Source: Candidatus Limivicinus sp. (GTDB lineage Bacteria; Bacillota; Clostridia; Oscillospirales; Oscillospiraceae). Taken from it: a DNA stretch of 64,000 nucleotides. The stretch covers positions 2,638 to 66,637 of the forward strand of contig JBGUNA010000086.1 of assembly GCA_045117135.1 (NCBI GenBank), given 5' to 3'. The position numbers and the translations under genes are program-made. Positions within the stretch are counted from its first letter, which is position 1. Each line of letters starts with the position of its first letter. The notes below the pieces were generated by a model. The model was given only the letters and a program-made list of their open reading frames with translations, had not been told where the DNA came from and did no database searches. Positions 1 through 10,481 of this stretch are shown here, one piece after another.

Positions 1-713
1 ACAATCAGTACTTCCAGGTTCGGCATGTAACGTACGAAATCTACTGTCGTCATGATGTTGTTATGGCCAAGGTCCAGGTTGACAACATCGATGCAGTAGG
101 TGAGCGGTTTGCAGCTTTCATCATCGGTCAGCCCGAAATCGCCGACATAAGAGGCGAGAATCGTCTTTACATCCGTGCGCACACTGTATCCCGTGCTGAA
201 GCTGACACGCCAGATCACCCTGATCTCCGGGAACATCGCCCGGATTTCCATTATTCGCTCTTCAGGCAGATCACAGGTGTCCAGATCCAGGAAGCGAGCC
301 TGTTTCAGGCACGGCAGGGCAGAAATCAATGTTTCGGCATTATCTTTGATGGAAATTCTTCTCAGGTCGATATACTCTTCGTCCAACGTCATCGGCACAC
401 CATAGAGCTGGAAGCTGTAATGGAAACGCGCTTTCGGAGCGGCATTCATCATTCGTGCAAGTGCCTCCCAGGATAATGAGGTGACACTCTCATCACCTAA
501 CACTACCGTTCTGAGCCGTGTCAGTTTAGGTGCAGCTTTAATAAATGCTTCCACATCCGCGCCGTCTTCAATCCCTGTCAGATCCAGCCGGGACGCCTTT
601 TCCTGAACCTCCTGTCCGCAAAGCACGAAAGTTTCTGCGTGAGCGGGCAACACAAAAAAGGCTGCGCACATCAGTACTGCAGCCCATATAAAAACCCACC
701 GAAATCTTTTCAT
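1..713 (-). CDS. Leucine-rich-repeat (LRR) surface protein, paralog 1. The 3' end runs off the window, so it is absent from the ORF track.
   Basis: Manual reverse translation from the ATG at 713-711 gives MKRFRWVFIWAAVLMCAAFFVLPAHAETFVLCGQEVQEKASRLDLTGIEDGADVEAFIKAAPKLTRLRTVVLGDESVTSLSWEALARMMNAAPKARFH... The frame stays open to position 1 (..GHNNIMTTVDFVRYMPNLEVLI). It has a signal peptide and is colinear with the two downstream LRR ORFs. Confidence 0.65.
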   Translation of the reverse strand, partial: MKRFRWVFIWAAVLMCAAFFVLPAHAETFVLCGQEVQEKASRLDLTGIEDGADVEAFIKAAPKLTRLRTVVLGDESVTSLSWEALARMMNAAPKARFHYSFQLYGVPMTLDEEYIDLRRISIKDNAETLISALPCLKQARFLDLDTCDLPEERIMEIRAMFPEIRVIWRVSFSTGYSVRTDVKTILASYVGDFGLTDDESCKPLTYCIDVVNLDLGHNNIMTTVDFVRYMPNLEVLI

Positions 714-741
714 AATGATTATCTTCTCCCTGCTGCCTGTT

Positions 742-2046
742 TCATCCATAGAACCATCTGACACGTTCTCCTCCGACAGGCTCGCCGTGAGCAGCTGTGT
801 AGTACGGATCATTTTTGGAAAAACTGTAGTTTGAATTATCTTCAGCACCGTAATGGAAGATGTTCACAATCTCCCGATACGCCGGGGTTCTGTTCTCTTC
901 TGTGTTGAAGGTATGAATCGGATCAATAAACCGCCAGTAATATCCTACCGAATCATCTGTGTCATTGATCTCACAATAGGGGTGGTTCTGTTTGAACGCG
1001 TCGATCTGTTCCTGCGGAATATAACCGGGCGTCAGCCACAGGCGCCGTATCTTCGGCACACGGTCAGCAGGAATAATCGGAGAAATATCAGTCAGGTTGT
1101 AACATCCGCCGATCTGCAGATCCGTCAATTCAGTTAATTCCGCAATCGAGTTGATGTTGTACATCGAACTGCCAAAGAGCTCCACATACCGGAGTTTTTT
1201 ACAGTATGCCAGGTCATCCACATCCCTGAGATAATTATTGTATGTGATAAAAATTTCAAGGTTTGGCATGTATTTGAGAAAACTCAACGTTCTCATGTTG
1301 TTGTTGTGGCCCACATCGAGGTTCACGACCTCTGTACAATAGGTTAGAGGGCGGCAGCTTTCCTCATCGGTCAGCCCCGCATCGCCGGCGAGAGAACAGA
1401 GAATCGTTTTTGCATCTGTCCGGCAGCTGTAATCGAGTGTGCTGAACCACACGCGCCATACCACCTTTATGTTGGGGAAGGCGTCGCGGATTATTGCCAT
1501 ATGCACGTTGTCCACGCCGCTCTGATCCATGTCGAGCGTGGTGCAGCGCTTCATGCAGGGCAGAGCTGCCGCAACAGATGCGCCGTTGTCCTCCACGCGA
1601 ATTTTACGCAAATCGATGTATTCCGTGTCCAGCGTCATGGGTTCCCCGTAGAGGCTGAAGCTATAGGTAAAGTGCACATTCGGCGCTGCACTCTGAAGCC
1701 GTGCAATCACATCCCAAGAGACAGGACTGCTTTTTTCATCGCCTAAAACAACATTTTTCAGATTCACTGCATAAGGTGCTGCCTGGCAGAATGCCTCGAT
1801 ATCTCCGTCCGAAGAAATCCCGGACAGATCAAGCTCCTCAGCATCAACGGTATAGTGCCTACCCAGCAGGTCAAAACCACCGGCATACGGATGTGCTGTC
1901 GGTTCCGTAGTTGGAATGGGTGTAGGGTCTGGCGTAGTTTTCGGCGCGGCGCCAAACCATGGCAGCAGGCTTGGAAACCCCGACACGGAAATCAGGGCGA
2001 TAAAGATCGCCAGGAGGAGAAAGAGTATTCGCAAAAAACGCAGCAT
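742..2046 (-). CDS. LRR domain surface/membrane-anchored protein, paralog 2
   Basis: 434-aa ORF. It has an N-terminal hydrophobic anchor (ILFLLLAIFIALISV), a Pro/Thr linker, and LRR-type repeats (LDVGHNNNMRTLSFLKYMPNLEIF, LTELTDLQIGGCYNLTDISPI). It is colinear with 1-713 and 2065-4092. Confidence 0.7.
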   Translation of the reverse strand: MLRFLRILFLLLAIFIALISVSGFPSLLPWFGAAPKTTPDPTPIPTTEPTAHPYAGGFDLLGRHYTVDAEELDLSGISSDGDIEAFCQAAPYAVNLKNVVLGDEKSSPVSWDVIARLQSAAPNVHFTYSFSLYGEPMTLDTEYIDLRKIRVEDNGASVAAALPCMKRCTTLDMDQSGVDNVHMAIIRDAFPNIKVVWRVWFSTLDYSCRTDAKTILCSLAGDAGLTDEESCRPLTYCTEVVNLDVGHNNNMRTLSFLKYMPNLEIFITYNNYLRDVDDLAYCKKLRYVELFGSSMYNINSIAELTELTDLQIGGCYNLTDISPIIPADRVPKIRRLWLTPGYIPQEQIDAFKQNHPYCEINDTDDSVGYYWRFIDPIHTFNTEENRTPAYREIVNIFHYGAEDNSNYSFSKNDPYYTAAHGEPVGGERVRWFYG

Positions 2047-2064
2047 CAGAGAACAGTCTCCTTA

Positions 2065-4092
2065 TCAGCCATAGTTCAATTCGTCTTCCGGATAGATCGG
2101 CTCGAGAATGTCGTGGTCATGCCACTCTTCAAACAGAATGGATACGTCTACAATCTTCATATGAGCCGGCTCTACACCCTCAACATGAGCGTCGTACAGC
2201 GGATCATTCCAGGAAAAGGCATAGGACGCATCTGCCAGATTATACTGGAAGGCATTATAGATCACTTTGTAGTATCCCAAAGGCCTCTGCGCCGGGAAGT
2301 TCTGATTGTGTGCGCTGTAATAAGCCCAGTCCTGTGTGAGGTAACGCTGATAGATCTTCCAGTTTTCAGAGGTATAGCCCTCATTTTGAGCGCTGCCGTC
2401 GGCGTTGCGTTCCAGTCCGGTCGGAACTGTTGTGTTGACTTCGCACTCAGGATGCAGGCTGCGATAGGTGTCAATCTGATCCTGCGGCACCGGATCGCCC
2501 ACGCCGATCCAGAAACGGATCAGAGGAATGTCGTACATCGCCGTAATGTCGGAAATGCCTTTATTTGTGCCGATGTTGAGATGGCGGAGCTTTGTGCAGG
2601 AGGCAAGGGGAGAAATATCTGAAACCTTTGTGTTGCCCATTTCAAGATAAATGAGCTCAGAGCAGCTGCTGAACGGGGAAAGATCCGAAATGCCCGTCAT
2701 TGAGATTACGACCAGCTGCAAATCCGGCATGTTGCGCACAAAGGAGAAATCGGTCAGCTCGTCATTATGGCCGAGATCCAGATAGCGCACCTTGGTGCAG
2801 TAATAGAGTCCGGCGGAATTTGCGTTGGTGATGTCTCCACCCTTGGAAGGCTTCGAGGCAAGAATTTTCACTACGTCCGTCCTGACGCTGTATTCGCTTC
2901 CGAACCACACACGCCATACCACATTAATATTCGGAAATGCATCCCGGATTTCCGCCATTGCCTGGTCAGGAACTCCACACGAATCCATGTCCAGTATTTT
3001 CAGGTTCTTCATGTACGGCAAAAAGTTCTTCACATCTGCTCCGTTGTCCGTAACCCGGATATGGTTCAGGTCAAGAACTTCATCTGCCAGGTTGAATTCC
3101 TTGTCATAAACTGCGCATACCATTGAAATAGTAGCCTGTGGGCAGGCATTTGCGATTGCCTGCAGATCGGCAAAGCTGAGGCCGTTGCGGTAGTGTCCAA
3201 GCTCAAGATACTTCAGCTGGGTCATCCCGGGCAGCACAGCCACCAAGCTGCCAACATCCGCCGGTGTAATGTTGCTGAGATCCAGGCTGGTGTCCGCCGT
3301 AGTGGCGTTTACCCCGCATACGGAGAATTTATAGTCCATAGCAGCATTCGGCGCTGCGTGTGAAATCACGGTCAGATCATTCCACTGCAGGCTTCCATCC
3401 GTTGTAGCGTTGTCAGCAATTTTGATGCTCTTTACATTTGGAAGCAGTGAGATCCCTGTTGCCGCATCGGAAACCTGGACAGAAGTCAGGCCTGTAAGGT
3501 CAACCGTTTCTGTTGAAATGGGCCATGATCTGCCGAGAAAGTCAACGGAATAAGAGATTGCAGCCGCAGGATATGCAGCCTGAAAGGCAGCTACGTCCTC
3601 TGCCGTGACGGGAGAAGAGGATTGGGAAGAGCTGCCGAGATTGATCGCCGTGACCTGAGGCAGGCTACGGAGGGCGGAAATTGCCGTCCCAACATCTTCG
3701 TGCCGCAGAGAAGTCAGATCTGCCGCAGAGGCTGTGTTTTCCGCAACGATTCCGTTCGGCAGGGGAACTGTGTACCGCACGCTTACGCCCGGATGTGCTT
3801 GTGCCCACTGCATGATTTCACTATAGCACGTGCTTCCGCTGAAATCCGCGGAATTCAGTTCAGTAAACTGATCAAGTAAAGCGAGGTCTTCCGCACTCAC
3901 TACCGCTTTCAGCTCTGCCGAGCTCTCAGGATATTCTCCCGAAGACAGAGTGATAAAATTCTCCCCATAGAGAAACGGAATCTTCCTGGTCAACTGTCCG
4001 CTGAACGAAAGCCCGAACAGCAGAATCGCTCCCAGAAAAATAAATATTAGCAGAATTTTGAAAAAATGGCCCACAGCTCTTAAGAAACGCAT
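2065..4092 (-). CDS. LRR domain surface/membrane-anchored protein, paralog 3 (internally duplicated LRR module)
   Basis: 675-aa ORF with an N-terminal TM anchor. It contains two copies of the module seen in paralog 2 (..FPNINVVWRVWFGSEYSVRTDVVKIL.., LDLGHNDELTDFSFVRNMPDLQLV, ISDLSPFSSCSELIYLEMGNTKVSDISPL). Confidence 0.7.
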   Translation of the reverse strand: MRFLRAVGHFFKILLIFIFLGAILLFGLSFSGQLTRKIPFLYGENFITLSSGEYPESSAELKAVVSAEDLALLDQFTELNSADFSGSTCYSEIMQWAQAHPGVSVRYTVPLPNGIVAENTASAADLTSLRHEDVGTAISALRSLPQVTAINLGSSSQSSSPVTAEDVAAFQAAYPAAAISYSVDFLGRSWPISTETVDLTGLTSVQVSDAATGISLLPNVKSIKIADNATTDGSLQWNDLTVISHAAPNAAMDYKFSVCGVNATTADTSLDLSNITPADVGSLVAVLPGMTQLKYLELGHYRNGLSFADLQAIANACPQATISMVCAVYDKEFNLADEVLDLNHIRVTDNGADVKNFLPYMKNLKILDMDSCGVPDQAMAEIRDAFPNINVVWRVWFGSEYSVRTDVVKILASKPSKGGDITNANSAGLYYCTKVRYLDLGHNDELTDFSFVRNMPDLQLVVISMTGISDLSPFSSCSELIYLEMGNTKVSDISPLASCTKLRHLNIGTNKGISDITAMYDIPLIRFWIGVGDPVPQDQIDTYRSLHPECEVNTTVPTGLERNADGSAQNEGYTSENWKIYQRYLTQDWAYYSAHNQNFPAQRPLGYYKVIYNAFQYNLADASYAFSWNDPLYDAHVEGVEPAHMKIVDVSILFEEWHDHDILEPIYPEDELNYG

Positions 4093-4141
4093 ACTATCTC
4101 TCCTGAAATAACTAATCTCTCTATCTAAATTTCTATAATAC

Positions 4142-5806
4142 TTATGATTTGACGGTAATAAAAACTACAAGCGGAAATGCAAAAAACAACGCTGCAAAGT
4201 ACCGTACAAGGATCACCGGCACCAACATTGAAACCACAACATACAACATAAGAATTCCCAGTGCCGGCAAAGTACTGCCATCCTTTCGAAAAAGAGCAAA
4301 GAACAAACAGCACAGCAAAACCCATACGTAAAATGCTGGAGAAAAGAACCACGCTACAACGGGAATTTTTTCAAACGAAATATCATGTGCAATATGAGCA
4401 TAAAAACTGTGCACGGCAGGCAGTTTTCCGTTGAACTGAGCCGGAGCATCCAGATAATCGGAAAAAGAAAAGTAAGATCTCTCGTAGTCCTTGTAGGTTG
4501 GGTAAAGGCTGCCTTCGTAATTGTATCCGTCAATCGCTGCCCCGGGGTACCAGAGCGGCTTTGTATTGGCAAGCCAGGCATTCAGGTAACTGCCGGGATG
4601 CTTTACGCCGGTTTGCAGCCAGAATTTCAGAAAACCCATTCGGCTCCCATCACTGTCAACAGTGGTTTTCAGCTTTGAAGCGGATATGTCTCCCAATCCT
4701 TCTGCATAGAGCAGCCCATCTGTGGCAAAATAGTATTCATATTTTTCCAGTTCCGCCTTGCTCCATGTGTCTCCTGTTTCCAGATAGGCGCGGGTAATCG
4801 GCTGCGTCAGGAAAGAGAGAGAGGTATTGCTAGGCAGCATCGTCTGTGGCTGGCACGCAAGTGAAAGCAGTGTTGATAGAACTGCATAAAACGTGATCAG
4901 GCAAACCGAAAACGCGGCTGCTCTGCTCAAATACTGCCGCCCTGCCCATAGAAATACGAGCCCGCATAGAATCACCAGCAGCACATAAGCAAGCTTGCTG
5001 TTGCTGTTGTTCCGTGCCAGTACTGTCAGTGCTACCGTAATGGCTGCTCCAATAATCCCTCTGCGAGAAAAAAAGTTTTCCCTGGCCTTCATAGCAACTG
5101 CGGTTTCAAATACGCAAAGCGTCAGCAGAGCACTGAACAGCACGTCCCGAATCGGGCAGGTTACGAGCAAGTGAATGGTGGGAAATGCCGCGTAATACCC
5201 CAGCATGATAGCAAGTAATGATGAGTTGACACCGGCTTTATAAAAGTGCCGCAAAATCACCGCGAATAAACCACTCAGAAGAATCATCTGGCCGATCGTC
5301 AGCACGGCAATACCTACTGCGGCTGACCCTGTCATCGCCATCGATTTTAAAAGTACATTTACCAGCAGAAAGGAATGCAGAAACGGCATCGCATTGTTAT
5401 ATCCATAGGCACACTGGTTGTACTCAATCCCTGAATCATAGGAAAAGTTACCCGGGTAAATGCTCAGATAGCAGGGCAGCCAGCAGATGAGCAGTATCAC
5501 CATCAACAGCCATGTTTTGCCGAATAATAATCGAGTCCAACCGGATTTTGGCCGCTCCGGATGCGATCTTTTCTCGAGCCACTGCCACAGCAGCATCAGG
5601 ACGACAGTAAAAACAGCCGTCCAGATCATAAACGAGACAATAAACCATCCATCTTTCAGGGAAACAGTCCCGGATCTGTCCATTGCCTGCCCACAGGAAG
5701 CCATCAGCCCCCAAAGGGTCCCGAGCCCCGCTGCAAAGCGGAGCATTCTCGTCCTACGCTGTGCCTGGACCTCAGGCATTTCTGCTGTTGTATTGTTCAA
5801 GGGCAA
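4142..5806 (-). CDS. Large polytopic integral membrane protein (GT-C/DUF6020-like; family assigned by recollection only)
   Basis: 554-aa ORF with many hydrophobic helices, a ~190-aa soluble-looking segment near the C-terminus, and terminal TM helices. The first 35 nt overlap the end of the aminotransferase gene, so an internal Met (MPEVQ.. or MLRF..) may be the true start. Confidence 0.6.
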   Translation of the reverse strand: MPLNNTTAEMPEVQAQRRTRMLRFAAGLGTLWGLMASCGQAMDRSGTVSLKDGWFIVSFMIWTAVFTVVLMLLWQWLEKRSHPERPKSGWTRLLFGKTWLLMVILLICWLPCYLSIYPGNFSYDSGIEYNQCAYGYNNAMPFLHSFLLVNVLLKSMAMTGSAAVGIAVLTIGQMILLSGLFAVILRHFYKAGVNSSLLAIMLGYYAAFPTIHLLVTCPIRDVLFSALLTLCVFETAVAMKARENFFSRRGIIGAAITVALTVLARNNSNSKLAYVLLVILCGLVFLWAGRQYLSRAAAFSVCLITFYAVLSTLLSLACQPQTMLPSNTSLSFLTQPITRAYLETGDTWSKAELEKYEYYFATDGLLYAEGLGDISASKLKTTVDSDGSRMGFLKFWLQTGVKHPGSYLNAWLANTKPLWYPGAAIDGYNYEGSLYPTYKDYERSYFSFSDYLDAPAQFNGKLPAVHSFYAHIAHDISFEKIPVVAWFFSPAFYVWVLLCCLFFALFRKDGSTLPALGILMLYVVVSMLVPVILVRYFAALFFAFPLVVFITVKS

Positions 5807-6971
5807 TTTTCAGAATATCCAGCGCCCTCTCCAAATCTTCTTTCTTCAAAACATATGCCATCCTGACTTCGTTTTTACCTCTTCCCGGGGTGGCGTAAAA
5901 CGGTTCTCCGCATGCAAACATTACTGTCTCGCCGTTGTCGTCAAACTCGTTCAGCAGCCAGAGCTGGAACTTGTCAGCATCATCTACCGGCAGAGCAGCC
6001 ATGATGTAGAATGCACCTTCCGGGCGGGCAAACTGAACGCCTGGAATCTGCTCCAGCTTTTTTACCATTGCATCGCGCCTTGCCTTGTATTCTTCCCTCA
6101 CGGCGGCGAAATAATCACTCCCGACGGAGTACAGCGCTGCAGCTGCCGCCTGGTCCGTTGAGGAAACTGCCAGCCTGCACTGACACCATTTCAGAGCTTC
6201 ACTCATGAATTCTTTGTTTTTGGAAATCAGGATGCCGATTCTTGCTCCGCAGGCGGAAAAACGTTTGGAAACTGAATCGATTACGATAATATTGTCTTCA
6301 TAACCGGAAGACTGCAATGCACTGACAAGCGGTTCTCCTCCGTAAACAAATTCACGGTAAACCTCATCACATAAAATGAAGAGGTCGTGCTCTTTCGCAA
6401 TGTCAAGCATCAGCTGGAGCTCTTCCCGGGAGAGGACAGTTCCTGTCGGATTTCCGGGGTTTGTAACCATAATAGCGCGAGTGTGTTCATTAATCAGCGG
6501 CTCAATATTTTCTCTGCTGGCAAACCGGTATCCGTCTTCCGGAGCAGAAGTCGGGATCGGACATACAGAGGCTCCTGCCAGAGTAACGGATGTATGATAA
6601 TTCGGATAAAAGGGTTCGGGGATTAAAATCTCATCACCATCGTCAAGTATAGAGGCAAGCGTCATCTGCAGTGCTTCACTACCGCCGGTTGTAATCAGAA
6701 TATCTTTTCTTTCCAGCGCAACACCGATTCCTACATAATAAGTTCGCACCGCATCCAGCAAAACAGGGACGCCCTGTGAAGGTGCATAGGAGATAACAGG
6801 GTCGGAATACTCTTTTAATGTGTCATAATACGCTTTCGGAGTATGGATGTCGGGTTGGCCGATGTTCAAATGATAGATTTTGATTCCGCGTGCTTCGGCG
6901 TTTGCTGCGAAACCGTTAAACTTCCGCATCGGGGAAAGCCCACATCGCTTCATTTTTGATGAAAATTTCAT
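5772..6971 (-). CDS. PLP-dependent class I/II aminotransferase (aspartate-aminotransferase-like)
   Basis: The ORF track gives 5772-7013. I trimmed it to the ATG at 6971, which is preceded by GGAGGTGG. Motifs: NIGQPD, TNPGNPTG, and the PLP-lysine region SVSKRFSACGARIG. Confidence 0.85.
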   Translation of the reverse strand: MKFSSKMKRCGLSPMRKFNGFAANAEARGIKIYHLNIGQPDIHTPKAYYDTLKEYSDPVISYAPSQGVPVLLDAVRTYYVGIGVALERKDILITTGGSEALQMTLASILDDGDEILIPEPFYPNYHTSVTLAGASVCPIPTSAPEDGYRFASRENIEPLINEHTRAIMVTNPGNPTGTVLSREELQLMLDIAKEHDLFILCDEVYREFVYGGEPLVSALQSSGYEDNIIVIDSVSKRFSACGARIGILISKNKEFMSEALKWCQCRLAVSSTDQAAAAALYSVGSDYFAAVREEYKARRDAMVKKLEQIPGVQFARPEGAFYIMAALPVDDADKFQLWLLNEFDDNGETVMFACGEPFYATPGRGKNEVRMAYVLKKEDLERALDILKIALEQYNSRNA

Positions 6972-7124
6972 TGCAGCCACCTCCTGAAAATAATCCAATC
7001 TATTATACCACAAGCTCCCATTTAATCAAGAAAAACATGTTAAAAAGGCGGCGGTTATCTCAAGTTGGAACTTGCCATATGACAGCTTTTTGAGTATACT
7101 TCACGTATAAATTGTGTTGGGAGA

Positions 7125-10100
7125 ATGGAAATGCTCAGAATGATCACCGGAAAGGCACGGTCGGGAAAAACGGCAGCGATCAACAGGGAAATTCAGCAGG
7201 CTGTGCAGCAAAAGCAGGGAAACCGAATTCTGCTTGTGCCGGAGCAGTATAGCCATGAGGCTGAGAGAGAACTGTGTGAGGTATGCGGGGATGCATTTTC
7301 TCTTTATGCAGAGGTTCTGAGTTTTACAGGCCTGGCCAGGAAGATAGCTTCTCTCCTGGGGGGAATTGCCGTAACTTATCTCGACGATGGCGGACGTACA
7401 CTTTGCATGGCGCAGGCTATGAAACTTATCGGGGGAAACCTCAGGATATTCCGAAATGCTGCTGAAAAACCGGAACTTCAGCGCATACTGATTGCTGCTG
7501 TCGACGGGATGAAAGCGTCAGGCATAACACCAATGGAGCTTGAAAAGGCTTCCCATCAGTGTGGCGGAGATCTGGCTGGAAAACTCTCTGACCTTGCTGT
7601 CGTCAGTGAAGCATATGAAACCGTGCTTGGTGATTCCCAGGTTGATCCGGGTGACAGGCTGGCGATTCTTGCTGCCAATATTGAAAACAGCTCTGTCATG
7701 ACTGATGCTGTTGTATATGTCGACGGCTTCATAGATTTTACAAAAACCGAGCTTGCTGTTCTCACTGCAATGCTGAAAAAAGGTGTGAGTCTGACCGTCT
7801 GCCTTACTATGGAAAAAGAAAACAGCGCAAATGAACTCTTTGCGCTGTCACAAAACAGCGCCGGAAAGCTTGAAGCGGCTGCAAAAGAACTTGGTGTGCC
7901 TATCGAGTATCGCCATTTTGAGGAAGACTGCACTCCGGACGATCCACTTCTTTTCTTCAGAGAACATGTCTTTACCTATACAGGAAAAACCTTTTCTTCC
8001 AATGGAGAGATTCAGCTTTTCCGGGCAGAAAATATTGCGGCCGAATGCGAGCTGGCAGCGTCTAAAGTGCTCGAGATAGTGAGAGAGTCGGGGTGCCGGT
8101 GGAGAGATATCGCCATAGCCGTCCGAGGGTTTGACGATTATGCTCCGCTGCTGGAGAGTACCTTTGAAGATTACGGCATTCCTTACTTTACGGCTCGAAA
8201 ATCCGATCTGAAAAGCAAACCGCTTCCCGCGCTGATTTCCTGCGCTTACGCCATCATTCAAGGGGGATGGAAAAGTGACGATGTGATCAGCTATATGGGC
8301 ACCGGGCTGACCGGACTTACAAGAGAGGAATGTGATCTTCTCTCTGCGTATCTTTTTCTTTGGGAGCCGGATGAGAGAGCGTGGAAACGAAAAGCTCCGT
8401 GGAGACAACCGCCGGACGGTTACGGGAAACAGCAGGACGAGAAATCCGATGAACGTCTTGCAAAAATCAATCTGCTTCGGGAAAAGCTTATCGCACCGCT
8501 GTTCCGCTTCGAGGAAGCTTCCAAAAAAGCACATACTGCTGCCGACCACGCAAAGGCGCTCACATCTCTTCTTGAAAAGCTGGATATTCCCGGCCAACTG
8601 GGTGAGAAGGCAGAACGGCTTTGGAATGAAGACAAAAAAAGCGATGCAGAGGAATACCGCCAGTTATGGGAAATTATCATTTCTGCTCTGGAACAGTCTG
8701 CGCAGGTGCTCGGCGATTCTCCAATGGAATCGGAAGAGTTTGCACGGCTTTTTCTGATTACCATCTCGCAATATGATATCGGAGTTATTCCGGCTTCAGT
8801 AGATGCCGTCGGTGCCGGAGACTTTGACCGCATGAGGCGCCGCAATATTAGAACCCTGATTATACTGGGTGCCAATGATGTACGTCTTCCTTCTGTGCCT
8901 GAAGAGACAGGCGTTTTCTCAGAGGAGGAGCTGAGACTTTTACACAGATCCGGGACTGAACTCGGCATGGACCCGGATCTTGAGCTGTGGAGAGAATATA
9001 CGCTCATTTACAACTGTATTTCTTTGCCTACTGACAGGCTGATTCTCTGTTATCCGTCACTGGATACAGACGGGAACGAAACACGCCCATCCTTTCTGAT
9101 CACCAGAGCGGAAAGGCTCTTTCAGTTGAAAACCATAAAAATGAATAAGGAACAGGCAGAACTGTCTGCCGAAAATCCGGCATTCCGTCTTGCTACAGCA
9201 GGGAAGAGCAAAAGTGCTAAAGCCGCAGAAGCCTTTTTTTTGCAGCATGATCCGGAAAGACTTCAGAGGATTCGGCAGGCGGCCGTCCAAATCCGAAACC
9301 CCATTTCACCGACAAGTGTTGAGACCCTATACGGAAAAAGACTAAAAATCAACGCATCCCGAGCAGAAAAGTTCTTCTCCTGCAAATATGCTTTCTTCTG
9401 CGAACATGGCCTGCAGATCAGACCGCACAGGAAAGCAGAGTTTTCTCCGGCAGAATACGGCACGTTTGTGCATTTCATCCTTCAGCAAACAATCGAGGCA
9501 GTCCTTTCGGGAGAAGGTTTCCGGCACACCGATGACAACCGCATTCAAGTTCTTGCGCGGAGCTTTATACATCAATATGAGCAGGATGCCCTTTCTGATT
9601 TCGCAGAAAAAAATGAGCGCTTTGTTTATCTCTTCAAGCGGGCGGAAGAAGATGCTGTCCGCGCTGTGCTGGATACAGCGAGAGAGCTCAGAAAAACTGA
9701 TTTTGTTCCACTCGCTTTTGAGCTGAACTTTGGTGACAGATCACTTTTCCCACCGATCCGGCTGAAAAACGATAAGGCTTCCGTTTTGCTTACCGGTGTT
9801 GCTGACCGGGTTGACGGCTGGGAAAATGATGGGATCGTGTACATCCGCATCTTTGACTACAAAACGGGAGAAAAAAAGTTCTCATTCTCGGATCTCTGGT
9901 ATGGGATGAGCCTGCAGCTCGTACTGTATCTGCTTGCGCTGGATAGCAATCCGGAAGCTGCCTCTGTGGCGCTCAAACTTCCGCAAGGTACAAAAGTATG
10001 TGCTGCCGGGGCTGTTTACCAGCAGGCACGGAGCAAGTATATCAGTCTGGACGGTGGGGCAGATATAGCAACCGCCCGGAAAGAACATGAAAAAAAGCTG

Positions 10101-10481
10101 CGGCGCAGCGGGTTCGTGCTGAGCAGCAGCGGTATACCGGATGCCTGGGAAATCGGAGAGGAAAAGCTCTACAGTCCACTAAAGTATAACAAAAACGGAG
10201 AGCCTACCGGAGATTCCCTTCTCACTTTTGAAGAGTTTGACCTGCTTTTCAGGCACACCAAAATTCGTCTCAATGAAATGGCTGAATCGATCAGAGCGGG
10301 GGTTATTACAGCGGATCCGTGCCGCATGGGCAGTGAAGAACCTTATTGCCGCTTTTGTAATCTGAAAGGATTTTGCGGATTTGAAGACGGTGAAAACGGT
10401 GAGTTCTGCAGGGTGATGACGGAACGCAAAAAAGATGCTGTGATGGAAGATATGGGAAAGGAGAGCACTGATGATGCCTGA
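7125..10481 (+). CDS. addB: ATP-dependent helicase/deoxyribonuclease AddAB, subunit B
   Basis: 1118 aa. It has an N-terminal Walker A (GKARSGKT) and a C-terminal RecB-type nuclease with Fe-S cysteines (FSCKYAFFCEHG ... DPCRMGSEEPYCRFCNLKGFCGF). It overlaps the addA start by 11 nt. Confidence 0.9.
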   Translation: MEMLRMITGKARSGKTAAINREIQQAVQQKQGNRILLVPEQYSHEAERELCEVCGDAFSLYAEVLSFTGLARKIASLLGGIAVTYLDDGGRTLCMAQAMKLIGGNLRIFRNAAEKPELQRILIAAVDGMKASGITPMELEKASHQCGGDLAGKLSDLAVVSEAYETVLGDSQVDPGDRLAILAANIENSSVMTDAVVYVDGFIDFTKTELAVLTAMLKKGVSLTVCLTMEKENSANELFALSQNSAGKLEAAAKELGVPIEYRHFEEDCTPDDPLLFFREHVFTYTGKTFSSNGEIQLFRAENIAAECELAASKVLEIVRESGCRWRDIAIAVRGFDDYAPLLESTFEDYGIPYFTARKSDLKSKPLPALISCAYAIIQGGWKSDDVISYMGTGLTGLTREECDLLSAYLFLWEPDERAWKRKAPWRQPPDGYGKQQDEKSDERLAKINLLREKLIAPLFRFEEASKKAHTAADHAKALTSLLEKLDIPGQLGEKAERLWNEDKKSDAEEYRQLWEIIISALEQSAQVLGDSPMESEEFARLFLITISQYDIGVIPASVDAVGAGDFDRMRRRNIRTLIILGANDVRLPSVPEETGVFSEEELRLLHRSGTELGMDPDLELWREYTLIYNCISLPTDRLILCYPSLDTDGNETRPSFLITRAERLFQLKTIKMNKEQAELSAENPAFRLATAGKSKSAKAAEAFFLQHDPERLQRIRQAAVQIRNPISPTSVETLYGKRLKINASRAEKFFSCKYAFFCEHGLQIRPHRKAEFSPAEYGTFVHFILQQTIEAVLSGEGFRHTDDNRIQVLARSFIHQYEQDALSDFAEKNERFVYLFKRAEEDAVRAVLDTARELRKTDFVPLAFELNFGDRSLFPPIRLKNDKASVLLTGVADRVDGWENDGIVYIRIFDYKTGEKKFSFSDLWYGMSLQLVLYLLALDSNPEAASVALKLPQGTKVCAAGAVYQQARSKYISLDGGADIATARKEHEKKLRRSGFVLSSSGIPDAWEIGEEKLYSPLKYNKNGEPTGDSLLTFEEFDLLFRHTKIRLNEMAESIRAGVITADPCRMGSEEPYCRFCNLKGFCGFEDGENGEFCRVMTERKKDAVMEDMGKESTDDA

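Noticed and set aside
63-476. 137-aa plus-strand ORF at the left edge (and 175-405).
   Set aside because: The opposite strand encodes, in an uninterrupted frame from 713 to 1, an LRR paralog with a signal peptide and strong similarity to the two neighbouring genes.
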